The position numbers were made by a program, and so were the translations under genes. The notes under the pieces are model-generated. The model was not told where the DNA came from and did not search any database. It saw nothing but the letters and a program-made list of their open reading frames with translations. From Micromonosporaceae bacterium (GTDB lineage: Bacteria; Actinomycetota; Actinomycetes; Mycobacteriales; Micromonosporaceae), in the NCBI GenBank assembly GCA_016880465.1, contig JAEHDK010000738.1, positions 1-48,929 of the forward strand: 48,929 nt of DNA, read 5' to 3'. Position 1 is the stretch's first letter; the number at the start of each line of letters is the position of its first letter. Positions 8,645-16,857 of the stretch are shown here, piece by piece.

Positions 8645-9703
8645 GTGGACGACATCGAACGTCGCATGATGTCCACCGAGGAGATCAACGACCTTCCCGA
8701 CGACGCCTTCGCCTACATCGAGCCCGGCGGGACGAAGGACGCCCAGGGCAAGACCGTCCCCAGGTCGCTGCGGCACTTCCCCATCCACGACCGCGCGCAC
8801 GTCGAGAACGCGATGGCCCGCATGTCCCAGTCCCCACACGGCGAGCACGCCAAGAAGAAGATCATGGCGGCGGCCAAGAAGTACGGCATGGGCATGTCCG
8901 ATGACGCCGAACGTGCCGTGACCCGTTGCTGCCCGGCCGAGCACACCTTCGACCGCGAATGGCCGCTGGACGACATCGTCATCCGCGCCGGCGGCGACGG
9001 CCGCACCGTCGAGGCGTACGCCGCGGTCTTCGGCGTCCCGACGGAGGTCAAGGACCAGCACGGCCACTACATGGAGACCATCGACCGGGCCGCGTTCAAC
9101 GAGGTACTCGCCGAAGGCATCGACAAGGTTGGATGCTATTATCACCACGGGATGACCTTGCACGGCACCCCGTCCGACCTCGGATCGGTGCCCATCGGCT
9201 CCCCCGTCGACATCCGCGCCGATAGCAAGGGCCTTCGCACCATCACCCGGTTCAACAAGTCCGCCCTGGCCGACGCGACCCTCGAGGCCATCCGCGCCGG
9301 GGACCTGCGCGGCTACTCCTTCCGCGGCCCGATCCGCAAGTCCAACCCGCCACGCATCGCCCGCGCCCGCGACGGCCAACCCCTGCCTACTGTCACCCGC
9401 ATGGCGCTCGGGCTCAACGAGTACGGCCCCACCCCCACCCCGTACTACGCCGACGCGAGGATCCTGGCGGTCCGCTCGGCGCAGGCCATCGCCACCAACC
9501 CGGTCGCGCTCGCCGAACTTCAGGCCGAACTCGCCCGCATGCTTGCCCGCTCCACTCCGTTGGACCAGGAGCGGGACCCCGCCACTCCCACCGAGGGACC
9601 AGGCGCCGAGGACCAGCCCACCGAGGCACTCCGGTCGGCATCCATGCACGACATCCGCCGGCGCATCGCCGTATTCAAGATCCTCGGAGGAAGAAAGTCA
9701 TGA
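8645..9703 (+). CDS. HK97-family prohead (capsid maturation) protease
   Basis: The DIVIRAGGDGRTVEAYAAVFG...ETIDRAAF...LRGYSFRG region matches the U35/HK97 prohead protease pattern. N-terminal LRHFPIHDRAHVENAMARM module. GTG 8645 follows RBS GGAAGGGAG; in-frame alternatives are ATG 8624 and 8666. Confidence 0.85.
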   Translation: MDDIERRMMSTEEINDLPDDAFAYIEPGGTKDAQGKTVPRSLRHFPIHDRAHVENAMARMSQSPHGEHAKKKIMAAAKKYGMGMSDDAERAVTRCCPAEHTFDREWPLDDIVIRAGGDGRTVEAYAAVFGVPTEVKDQHGHYMETIDRAAFNEVLAEGIDKVGCYYHHGMTLHGTPSDLGSVPIGSPVDIRADSKGLRTITRFNKSALADATLEAIRAGDLRGYSFRGPIRKSNPPRIARARDGQPLPTVTRMALGLNEYGPTPTPYYADARILAVRSAQAIATNPVALAELQAELARMLARSTPLDQERDPATPTEGPGAEDQPTEALRSASMHDIRRRIAVFKILGGRKS

Positions 9704-11178
9704 GCCTCAAGCGCCTCGACGAGGTCGACGCCGAACTGGCGCTCGTCGAGCAGCAGATCGAAGAGATCAACAACCTGGCCGAGCCGGAGGGCGGAGACGC
9801 CGTCCGCGCCCAGATCCTGTCCGAACGCGACGCCCGCCTCGACGACCTGATCACCCGCCACAAGGAACTCCAGACCGAGCGGGAGCCGCTGCTGGTCCGC
9901 GCCAAGGAGCTGGACGCCATCCGCTCCGCGGCCCGCGACCGTGCCCGCACGGAGCCCGGCGACGGCGCGACCCCCGTCCGCTTCGACGGCCGCGGCCCGC
10001 AGGTCATGAACCGCGTCCAGCCGTACGAGGGCCTCGAACTGGTCCGCGCCGGCGTGGTTGCCCGCGAGGACATGATCGGCCGGGCGAAGGCCGCGGTCGA
10101 CACCGCCCCCAGGCACCTGTCCGACGACTCGCGGCAGAAGGTCACCCTCCTGCTGGAGGACGAGGGCAAGCAGGCCCCGCTCATCGCCCGGCACATGCTC
10201 CTCACCGGTTCGGAGGAGTACCACAAGCAGTTCCGCGAGTACATCGAGAGCAGGGGCGCCTACGCCGGTGACGTCATGCGTACCGCCCTGTCGCTGACCG
10301 ACGCCAATGGCGGCTACCTGGTGCCGTTCACCCTTGACCCGACCATCATCCTGACCAACGCGGGCATCCAGGGCACCATCCGGTCGATCTCCACCACGAA
10401 GACGATCGTCACCGACGCCTGGCACGGCGTCACCTCCGCCGGTGTCACGGCCGAGTGGCTCGCGGAAGCCACCCAGGCCGCGGACGCGACCCCGACCTTC
10501 GGCCAGCCCACCATCACCCCGCGCAAGGCCGCGGCGTGGGTGTTCGGCAGCTACGAAGTCCTGGCCGACTCCGGCTTCGCCAGCGAACTGCAGATGCTTC
10601 TGGCCGACGCCAAGCTGCGCCTGGAGGAAGCCGCATTCGCCACTGCGAACACGGCCGCGTCCAAGCCGGTCGGCATCGTGTCCGCCGTCGCCGCCATCAC
10701 CGCATCCATCGTCTCCTCGGCGACCATCACGTCGTTCGTCGTTGGCGACGTGTACCGGGTCGCCGACGCCCTGCGCGCCCGCGACGCCAGCCAGGCGTCG
10801 TGGATCGCGAACAAGACGATCTTCTCGAAGATCCGCCAGTTCGACACCTCCGGCGGCTCGGCGTTCTGGGCCAACCTCGGCATGGGCGTCCCGTCCCTGC
10901 TGCTCGGCCAGCCGCAGTACGAGTGCTCCACCATGGGCTCGGTGATCACCACGTCGGCCAACATCCTGCTCGCCGGCAACTTCAAGCAGTACTACGTGGT
11001 GGACCGGGTCGGCATGTCGGTGATGTACGAGCCGATGGTCAAGTCCACCAACGCCAACCGCCCTACTGGCGAGGCCGGCTGGTTCGCTTTTTGGAGGGTT
11101 GGGGCCGATACGGTCGATCCGGATGCCTTCCGACTCCTACAGCTACACACAACTCCTGGCTTCACCGCGCTCGCCTAA
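9700..11178 (+). CDS. Major capsid protein, HK97 fold, with coiled-coil delta domain
   Basis: ATGA overlap with the protease. The N-terminal ~100 aa are coiled-coil (scaffold-like). TDANGGYLVPFTLDPTIIL and the C-terminal MYEPMV.. pattern are typical of HK97-type capsids. Confidence 0.9.
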   Translation: MSLKRLDEVDAELALVEQQIEEINNLAEPEGGDAVRAQILSERDARLDDLITRHKELQTEREPLLVRAKELDAIRSAARDRARTEPGDGATPVRFDGRGPQVMNRVQPYEGLELVRAGVVAREDMIGRAKAAVDTAPRHLSDDSRQKVTLLLEDEGKQAPLIARHMLLTGSEEYHKQFREYIESRGAYAGDVMRTALSLTDANGGYLVPFTLDPTIILTNAGIQGTIRSISTTKTIVTDAWHGVTSAGVTAEWLAEATQAADATPTFGQPTITPRKAAAWVFGSYEVLADSGFASELQMLLADAKLRLEEAAFATANTAASKPVGIVSAVAAITASIVSSATITSFVVGDVYRVADALRARDASQASWIANKTIFSKIRQFDTSGGSAFWANLGMGVPSLLLGQPQYECSTMGSVITTSANILLAGNFKQYYVVDRVGMSVMYEPMVKSTNANRPTGEAGWFAFWRVGADTVDPDAFRLLQLHTTPGFTALA

Positions 11179-11275
11179 CCGTGAGCGGGCGTCCTAGTTG
11201 GACGTGCCGCCAGGATGCGAAGTACCACCCAATCCATCATCATCCAACGACGGTCTCGGCTGATCCCCGAGACAA

Positions 11276-11309
11276 GGAACCCCCGGGCACCCAGGAGCCC
11301 GGGGGTTCC
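11276..11309 (+). terminator. Perfect 13-bp hairpin downstream of capsid gene
   Basis: GGAACCCCCGGGC-ACCCAGGA-GCCCGGGGGTTCC. Preceded by a 7-bp hairpin GTCTCGG..CCGAGAC. Confidence 0.6.
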
Positions 11310-11330
11310 GCACATCCTGGGAGATGCGAA

Positions 11331-11963
11331 ATGGAACAAACCTGTCCAGAATGCGGCGGTGCCGTAGTCCAATGTGGAGTCGGACGCCCGCGAAAGTTCT
11401 GTTCTGAGCAATGCAAGATGCGGGCCACCAACCGGCGCAGTCGGCGTGCGTGGTTGCCGATCCGGCAGCGCTACTCGGGCATATGCAAGTGGTGCGACGG
11501 GCCGTTCGAGGCCACGAAACGCGGGAAGATCTTCTGTTCCCAGCGATGCGCCAACGCAGTGAGCAAGCGCCGTTCCCGCCGTGGCGAGCACGGCAAGGGG
11601 CCGAAGCCGTGCGCTACGTGTGGCAAGACCTTCGATGCGGTTCGATCGACGCACCGTTGGTGCTCGCAGCAGTGCAGAAACCGCCACTTCGGCCTCGTCA
11701 GGTCACGCAGCCGAGCCAAGCCATCCGGCGCCACCTACACTGACCGCGAGATATTCGAGCGCGACGGCTGGCGATGCCATCTTTGCGGCGACAAGGTGGA
11801 TCCGACAGTGGATCGACGCCATCCCGACGGGGCGACGATCGATCACCTCGTACCCATCTCGCTCGGCGGCGAGGACGAGCCGGCCAACGTCGCGACGGCG
11901 CACTGGAAGTGCAACCGCGACAAGGGCACGCGCGCCGTCGGCGAGCAGCTTGCCCTTCTGTGA
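11331..11963 (+). CDS. HNH endonuclease with three N-terminal CxxC..FCSxxC zinc-ribbon repeats
   Basis: ATG 11331 lies inside the long track ORF 10455-11963, whose 5' part overlaps the capsid gene and is rejected. WRCHLCGDKV...IDHLVPISLGG...NVATAHWKCNRDKG is the HNH motif. Confidence 0.85.
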   Translation: MEQTCPECGGAVVQCGVGRPRKFCSEQCKMRATNRRSRRAWLPIRQRYSGICKWCDGPFEATKRGKIFCSQRCANAVSKRRSRRGEHGKGPKPCATCGKTFDAVRSTHRWCSQQCRNRHFGLVRSRSRAKPSGATYTDREIFERDGWRCHLCGDKVDPTVDRRHPDGATIDHLVPISLGGEDEPANVATAHWKCNRDKGTRAVGEQLALL

Positions 11964-12062
11964 CGCGCGGGTGTGTTAGCCTGCGGATCTACTCGGGCCA
12001 GCCGTGGCCCGTGGATGTGTGAGGCGACTAGACGCTCTCGGATCCCGAGAGAGGTCTGTCCA

Positions 12063-12410
12063 ATGCACGCACAACCGTCCCTGCTCAATGTCCCGGCACC
12101 TCGTGGCGAGGTCGTCTACTACGTAACTGACGGCTGCTACATCAAGATCGGGCGTACCAAGTCGCTGCGCCGCCGTGGCGGTGAACTGCGCACGCAGATG
12201 ATCTACAGCCTTCCTGGTGGACCGGTGGAGGAGCGCGAGCATCACCGGATGTGGGCCGCGAACCGCATCGGGTCCTCAGAGTGGTTCCGCGTCTCCGAGG
12301 ACCTGCTGCTGTGGCTGTTCGCCCGCACCTACGGTCAGCACCACATGCGCGAGGTCGGCGTCATTCGACATCTAGCGCTGGCGCTGGAGCGTGAGCGGGT
12401 GGCGGCATGA
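12063..12410 (+). CDS. T5orf172/MUG113 (GIY-YIG-like) nuclease-domain protein
   Basis: VVYYVTDGCYIKIGRTKSLRRRGGEL...EREHHRMWAANRIGSSEWFRV fits the T5orf172 pattern. ATG 12063 follows RBS GAGAGAGG. Confidence 0.7.
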   Translation: MHAQPSLLNVPAPRGEVVYYVTDGCYIKIGRTKSLRRRGGELRTQMIYSLPGGPVEEREHHRMWAANRIGSSEWFRVSEDLLLWLFARTYGQHHMREVGVIRHLALALERERVAA

Positions 12411-12763
12411 GCAAGGACACCGGCAGGGTGCGGTGGGCGAAGAACAACGACAGCGTTGCCGTCGAACTCCGGGCATTCTGTGTCGGCTGTGGTCTACCCA
12501 GGGGGATCGCTCCTGCTGGCCGCCATGGCCCGACTGTCGAAGGCTGGATGGACGACCAAGTCGACCGACGCCTTCAGAAGGAAATGTCCCCGATCGCCGA
12601 GCGTCGCCGGATGCACGAGCGAGTGACCGCCGAGTTCCGCCTGACCCTAAACGGCTGGAATGAGCCCTGTGGGTGTGGTGGACGTGGGGTCGTCTTTTCT
12701 TGGGGAAGCCACTTCTGCCCGGTGACCCATCGGCACTACAAGTGCCCGCATTTGGATACCTGA
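12407..12763 (+). CDS. Hypothetical Cys/His-rich protein
   Basis: ATGA overlap with the previous gene and high third-position GC. No recognisable domain. Confidence 0.55.
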   Translation: MSKDTGRVRWAKNNDSVAVELRAFCVGCGLPRGIAPAGRHGPTVEGWMDDQVDRRLQKEMSPIAERRRMHERVTAEFRLTLNGWNEPCGCGGRGVVFSWGSHFCPVTHRHYKCPHLDT

Positions 12764-12800
12764 CCCCCCGCCGCCTGCCAGGCGGTCGGGCGGCGGGGTC
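12762..12800 (+). terminator. GC-rich hairpin preceding the glycosylation island
   Basis: GACCCC(CC)GCCGCC ... GGCGGCGGGGTC, 12 bp with a 2-nt bulge. Begins at the stop codon of 12407-12763. Confidence 0.4.
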
Positions 12801-12828
12801 AACCGCCTACCGACCGCCTGGAGGATCA

Positions 12829-13578
12829 ATGGCCAACGAAGACGGTGTTGTCGTCGCCTGGGTGCGCCCGGCGCAGCTGCACGGCAACTTCATGGAGTGT
12901 CTGCTCAACCTGGTCTACTACGACCGCGAGCACTACGACCGGCTGGCCCCGGGTCGGGGTGGGCTGATCTCGCAGACGTCGAGCGCGAACATCTCGGGTG
13001 CCCGGAACACGGTGTGCCTGGAGTTCCTGACCTCGCATGCCGCCCCGTGGCTGCTGCTGTTGGACACGGACATGACGTTCCGCCCGGATCTGGTCGAGGC
13101 GCTGTTGGAGTACGCCGATCCGGTGAAGGCGCCGATCGTGGGCGGGCTGTGCTTCTCGATGGACAACGACGGGAAGCTGTTCCCCACGTTGTACGACCTG
13201 ATCGGCGAGGCGGACAGTCCGGAGTTTGTCCGGTACCACGAGTGGAAGCCGGACGCGATGATGCAGGTGTTCGCGACGGGTGCGGCGTGCATGTTGATCC
13301 ACCGGGATGCGCTGCGGGCGGTGCGGGACTACCGGCTGCCGGACCATCCGGGTCGGGTGGGGTTTTCGCAGGCGTTTCCGTGGTTTCAGGAGACGGACTT
13401 CTTCGGCCGGGTGATGGGTGAGGACATCACGTTCTGTATGCGGGCCGGCCATGCGGGGGTTCCGATTCACGTGAACACGGCGGTGCAGCTCGGGCACATC
13501 AAGCAGTTCGAGCTGAACTTGGAGCATTTCGCGGGCCAGCGGGCGCTGGAAGAGGCGAAGGCGGCCGCCGGTGAATAG
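12829..13578 (+). CDS. Glycosyltransferase, GT-A fold (family 2-like)
   Basis: ATG 12829 follows RBS GGAGGA. LLLLDTDMTF (DxD), GGLCFS, ATGAACMLIHRDAL and MGEDITFCMRAGHAG resemble GT2 enzymes. Confidence 0.8.
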   Translation: MANEDGVVVAWVRPAQLHGNFMECLLNLVYYDREHYDRLAPGRGGLISQTSSANISGARNTVCLEFLTSHAAPWLLLLDTDMTFRPDLVEALLEYADPVKAPIVGGLCFSMDNDGKLFPTLYDLIGEADSPEFVRYHEWKPDAMMQVFATGAACMLIHRDALRAVRDYRLPDHPGRVGFSQAFPWFQETDFFGRVMGEDITFCMRAGHAGVPIHVNTAVQLGHIKQFELNLEHFAGQRALEEAKAAAGE

Positions 13579-13753
13579 CCTGGTCGACTATCTCGCCGCG
13601 AAGTTGGCCGCCACTGAGGCTGGGTGCACGTGCCGGGATCAGCGCAAAACGATTGAGGCGCAGTTGCCGCCGGGCACCCTAGTGCTGATCGACTGCGTCG
13701 AGCACGGGCTGGTCCGTACGCGGGTTGCCGGCTTCGATTGGGTGACCACATGA
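13571..13753 (+). CDS. Small hypothetical protein
   Basis: 60 aa. Overlaps both neighbours (8 nt upstream, ATGA downstream). Confidence 0.45.
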   Translation: MNSLVDYLAAKLAATEAGCTCRDQRKTIEAQLPPGTLVLIDCVEHGLVRTRVAGFDWVTT

Positions 13754-14406
13754 GCGACATCGCTGTGGTGGTGCCGGTGCTCAACCGTCCGAATCACGCC
13801 GCGCCGATCATGGAGTCCCTGCGCGCGTCGACGGAGAACGCGGCGGTGTACGCGGTCGTGTCCGAACGGGACACCCGAACCGAGTCGGCGTGGATCGTGG
13901 CCGGTGCAAATGTGCTCACGTCGCCGCTGATGACGTTCCCGGAGAAGGTCAACTATGCGTACTCGGTGACCGGCGAGCCGTGGCTGTTCCTGACTGGTGA
14001 CGATGTGAAGTTCCACGCCGGCTGGGCCGAGGAGCTGCTCCGTGTGGCGGCCGGGACGGGCGCGCTGGTGGTCGGGTCCAACGACCTGGCCAACCCGCGG
14101 TCGGAGGACGGGTCGCACTCGCCGCACATGCTGATCTCACGCCAGTACATCGCCGATCAGGGGGCGTCGTGGGACGGCCGTGGGGTGGTGTGCCATGAGG
14201 GATACCGTCACATGTTCGTCGACGACGAGATCGTGACGGTGGCCAAGCAGCGCGGGGTGTTCGCCTTCGCCAAGGATGCGGTGGTGGAGCATCTGCACCC
14301 GGTGGCCGGGAAGGCTGAGGTGGACGCCACGTACCGGCTGGGCTGGTCGTACGCGGATGTCGACAAGTCGCGTTTCGCCGAGCGGATGCGGGAGAACGCA
14401 CTGTGA
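13750..14406 (+). CDS. Glycosyltransferase, GT-A-like
   Basis: IAVVVPVLNRPNHAAPIMESL... and LFLTGDDVKFHAGW (DD motif). ATGA start overlap. Confidence 0.7.
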   Translation: MSDIAVVVPVLNRPNHAAPIMESLRASTENAAVYAVVSERDTRTESAWIVAGANVLTSPLMTFPEKVNYAYSVTGEPWLFLTGDDVKFHAGWAEELLRVAAGTGALVVGSNDLANPRSEDGSHSPHMLISRQYIADQGASWDGRGVVCHEGYRHMFVDDEIVTVAKQRGVFAFAKDAVVEHLHPVAGKAEVDATYRLGWSYADVDKSRFAERMRENAL

Positions 14407-14741
14407 CGCGCGTCAGCGCCGACGGTGGCGCCACGTGGATCGAGTGGCCGGACGCCAAGATCCTGCTCCGCGCTCGTGACGGCGTGTGCCAAATTGAAGC
14501 CGAGTGGCCGTCGTGCGAACCGGCCGAGCCGCTGATCCCGCTCGTCGGCTCGTTTGTCGCCATGGTGGTCGAGGTTGGACAGTCTCCGAAGGTCCGGTAC
14601 TTCGGCCGCGCACTGCTGGAGAGCGTTGAGATGGACGGCGCCATTTCCTCCGTCCGATTCATCGAGGCGCCGAGTTGCGAGGAAGATCGGTGGAGCCGTC
14701 ACTCCACTGAGCCGCTCGATATGGCGGGACGGAAGGCGTGA
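14403..14741 (+). CDS. Hypothetical protein within glycosylation island
   Basis: GTGA overlaps at both ends. No recognisable domain. Confidence 0.5.
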   Translation: MTRVSADGGATWIEWPDAKILLRARDGVCQIEAEWPSCEPAEPLIPLVGSFVAMVVEVGQSPKVRYFGRALLESVEMDGAISSVRFIEAPSCEEDRWSRHSTEPLDMAGRKA

Positions 14742-15226
14742 CACAGAGTCGGGAAGAACTCGAGGACTGGTACAAGACTCCGGATCCGTGGGGGTTCCAG
14801 ACCAACCCCGCCGACGCCGATCGCAAGGCCCGGATCCTGGTGGCAATCAAACGGCCCGGCCCGAAGTACAAGCGGGCACTCGACGTCGGCTGCGGCGAGG
14901 GGTGGATCACCAAGGACCTGCCCGCCACGCTGATTCACGGCCTGGAGTTGAGCCGGACGGCCCGGATGCGGATCCCCGCGCCAGTGGTGGCGGTGGATGA
15001 GCCGTCGGGCAGGTATGACCTGATCCTCGTCAGTGGTGTGCTCTACCGGCAGTTCGAATGGCAGGCCATCCACGACCTGGTCGCCAACCACGCGGCCAAG
15101 GGTGCGACGGTAGTCACCTGCCACATCAAGGACTGGGAGATGCCTCTGCCCGGCGAGGCCGAGCTGGTGGAGGAGTTCCCGTACCGCGAGTACGTCGAGG
15201 TGCTGCGGCGGTACCGGTGGCAGTAG
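14738..15226 (+). CDS. Class I SAM-dependent methyltransferase (NodS-like)
   Basis: N-terminal DWYKTPDPWGF and motif I LDVGCGEGWIT. DLILVSGVLY is post-I/II-like. Confidence 0.8.
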   Translation: MTQSREELEDWYKTPDPWGFQTNPADADRKARILVAIKRPGPKYKRALDVGCGEGWITKDLPATLIHGLELSRTARMRIPAPVVAVDEPSGRYDLILVSGVLYRQFEWQAIHDLVANHAAKGATVVTCHIKDWEMPLPGEAELVEEFPYREYVEVLRRYRWQ

Positions 15227-15228
15227 GT

Positions 15229-15693
15229 GTGTTCCACCGGATCGGCGCGCCGGATCCGGGGACGTTCACCAACAGCATGGACCAGATCCGCGGCTTCGCC
15301 GGCGAGAAGACGTTCGACGGCATCTACACCTCCGTGTGGGACCACCGGGACGAGGTCCGCGACCTCGGCGGGGTGTGGCTGTTCGCCGCCGGCGACACGA
15401 TCGGCAAAGACGGCTTCATCACCCACCACCAACTGTTGACGCTGGCGCACGAGTACGGGTGCCGGCTGGGTTGGCACACGTGGTCACATCCGGACATGCG
15501 GACCCTGTCCGACGATCAGATCCGGGCCGAGTTGGACTGTCCTGACTGGATGCCCCGGGACGCGTTCGCCTACCCGTACGGGGACTTCGACGAGCGCGTG
15601 GCAGGCCTGGTGAAAGAGGCCGGCTACGGCAAGGCGTACTCGACCACCCAGGGCAACGGCAGTGACTTCGCGATCCGGCGCGACTACATCTGA
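15229..15693 (+). CDS. Polysaccharide deacetylase-like (NodB homology, short form)
   Basis: GTG 15229 is 3 nt after the previous stop. HTWSHPDMRTLS matches the NodB H(S/T)xxH motif, and FAYPYGDFDERV is the typical motif 4. The canonical N-terminal DD motif was not seen. Confidence 0.6.
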   Translation: MFHRIGAPDPGTFTNSMDQIRGFAGEKTFDGIYTSVWDHRDEVRDLGGVWLFAAGDTIGKDGFITHHQLLTLAHEYGCRLGWHTWSHPDMRTLSDDQIRAELDCPDWMPRDAFAYPYGDFDERVAGLVKEAGYGKAYSTTQGNGSDFAIRRDYI

Positions 15694-16300
15694 GCACGTC
15701 GCCGCCTGCAAGCGGGACGGGTTCGCCCGGATCCCCGGCGTATTCGGCCGGGATGAGACCGACCGGCTGCGGGCTGAAGCGATCCTGGCCTGCCGCGGCG
15801 GGAACGTGGAGGTCCGCGACGGCTACCCGTGCCTGCTGTTCTGGCCCGACAGCACCTACATGCGGGCGCTGGCCCGGGACCGCAGGTTGTTGGACATCGT
15901 GTCGGCCTACTACGGCCACACCGACTACGAACTCGAAACCCAGCAGTACTACTTCCACCTGCCCGGGGATCCGGACGAGTTCGCCTGGCACACCGACGAA
16001 CGTTTCCGACCGGGCGTGGGCAACCTGTACCTGCAAACGGCCATCCTCGTCGACGACTGGACCGTGGACAACGGGGCGGTGGAGTTCATCTCCGGCTCCC
16101 ACCGGTCGACCTTCGTCAACTCGGGCGACCTGCGGGTGTTCATCCGCGGGGAGCGCCGCGGCGTGCAACTGCTGGCCCGCGCGGGCGATGTGCTCACGTG
16201 GTCGAACACGGTGGTCCACGGCTCCGAGCACAACCGGTCCGATCGTGCGCGGGGGTACTTCATGAACGGGTTCCGGTCCGGCACCTTGGCGCAGTGTTGA
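15662..16300 (+). CDS. PhyH-family Fe(II)/2-oxoglutarate dioxygenase
   Basis: FAWHTDE (HxD), DNGAVEFISGSH and VVHGSEHNRSDRAR fit the phytanoyl-CoA dioxygenase-like facial triad and Arg. GTG 15662 is the only in-frame start (32-nt overlap). Confidence 0.75.
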   Translation: MTSRSGATTSEHVAACKRDGFARIPGVFGRDETDRLRAEAILACRGGNVEVRDGYPCLLFWPDSTYMRALARDRRLLDIVSAYYGHTDYELETQQYYFHLPGDPDEFAWHTDERFRPGVGNLYLQTAILVDDWTVDNGAVEFISGSHRSTFVNSGDLRVFIRGERRGVQLLARAGDVLTWSNTVVHGSEHNRSDRARGYFMNGFRSGTLAQC

Positions 16301-16857
16301 ACACCTGCGTCATCGCCTCCTACCGGTACGGGCACCTGGCCGCCCAGGCCATCGAGTCGGTGCTGTACCAGACCAAGCCGTTCGACCGGATCCTGTTCGT
16401 CGATGACGGGGTGGGTGACTGCGGCCACCTGCCGGCCATCTACCCGGAAGTCGAGTACGTCCTGCGCCCCGAGCGCATGGGGATCGTGGCGAACTTCAAC
16501 GACATGCTCGCCCGGGTAGACACCGAGCGGGTCATGTACCTGGGCGCGGACAACTGGCTGGACCACTCCACGTTGGAGATCACCTCCGCTGTCGACGCGG
16601 ACATCGTCTCCTACGCCGCGTGGCTGATCAAAAGCGGCCCGCCGGTGCGGTGGCATGTCGACGTGCCGCACGGCAGTTCCCTGTACCGGGTGGCGCCGGC
16701 TCGGGCGGTCGGGTGTTACGAGGCCAGCGGTCACACGAACACCGAGGAGGACTCCGTGATGTTCGCGCGGATGCGCTCGGCGGGCGCGACGTTCGACAAC
16801 CGGTCTGACACGCTCCTGTACTACCGCTGGCGACACCGCAGGAACTTCAACCAGTGA
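16294..16857 (+). CDS. Glycosyltransferase family 2-like
   Basis: CVIASYRYGHLAAQAIESVLYQT...ILFVDDGVGD and LGADNWL (DxD-like). GTG 16294 overlaps the previous stop. The 5' part of track ORF 15829 is rejected. Confidence 0.75.
   Translation: MLNTCVIASYRYGHLAAQAIESVLYQTKPFDRILFVDDGVGDCGHLPAIYPEVEYVLRPERMGIVANFNDMLARVDTERVMYLGADNWLDHSTLEITSAVDADIVSYAAWLIKSGPPVRWHVDVPHGSSLYRVAPARAVGCYEASGHTNTEEDSVMFARMRSAGATFDNRSDTLLYYRWRHRRNFNQ

Noticed and set aside
8486-9649. 387-aa minus-strand ORF antisense to the prohead protease. Similar antisense ORFs occur at 21519-22889 and 28842-30425.
   Set aside because: Same high-GC shadow-ORF pattern. The plus-strand genes have clear family motifs and operon coupling.
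10455-11330. 5' two-thirds of the 502-aa track ORF 10455-11963.
   Set aside because: It overlaps the capsid gene out of frame and translates to Arg/Pro-rich junk. A strong hairpin (11276-11309) and ATG 11331 define the real HNH gene.
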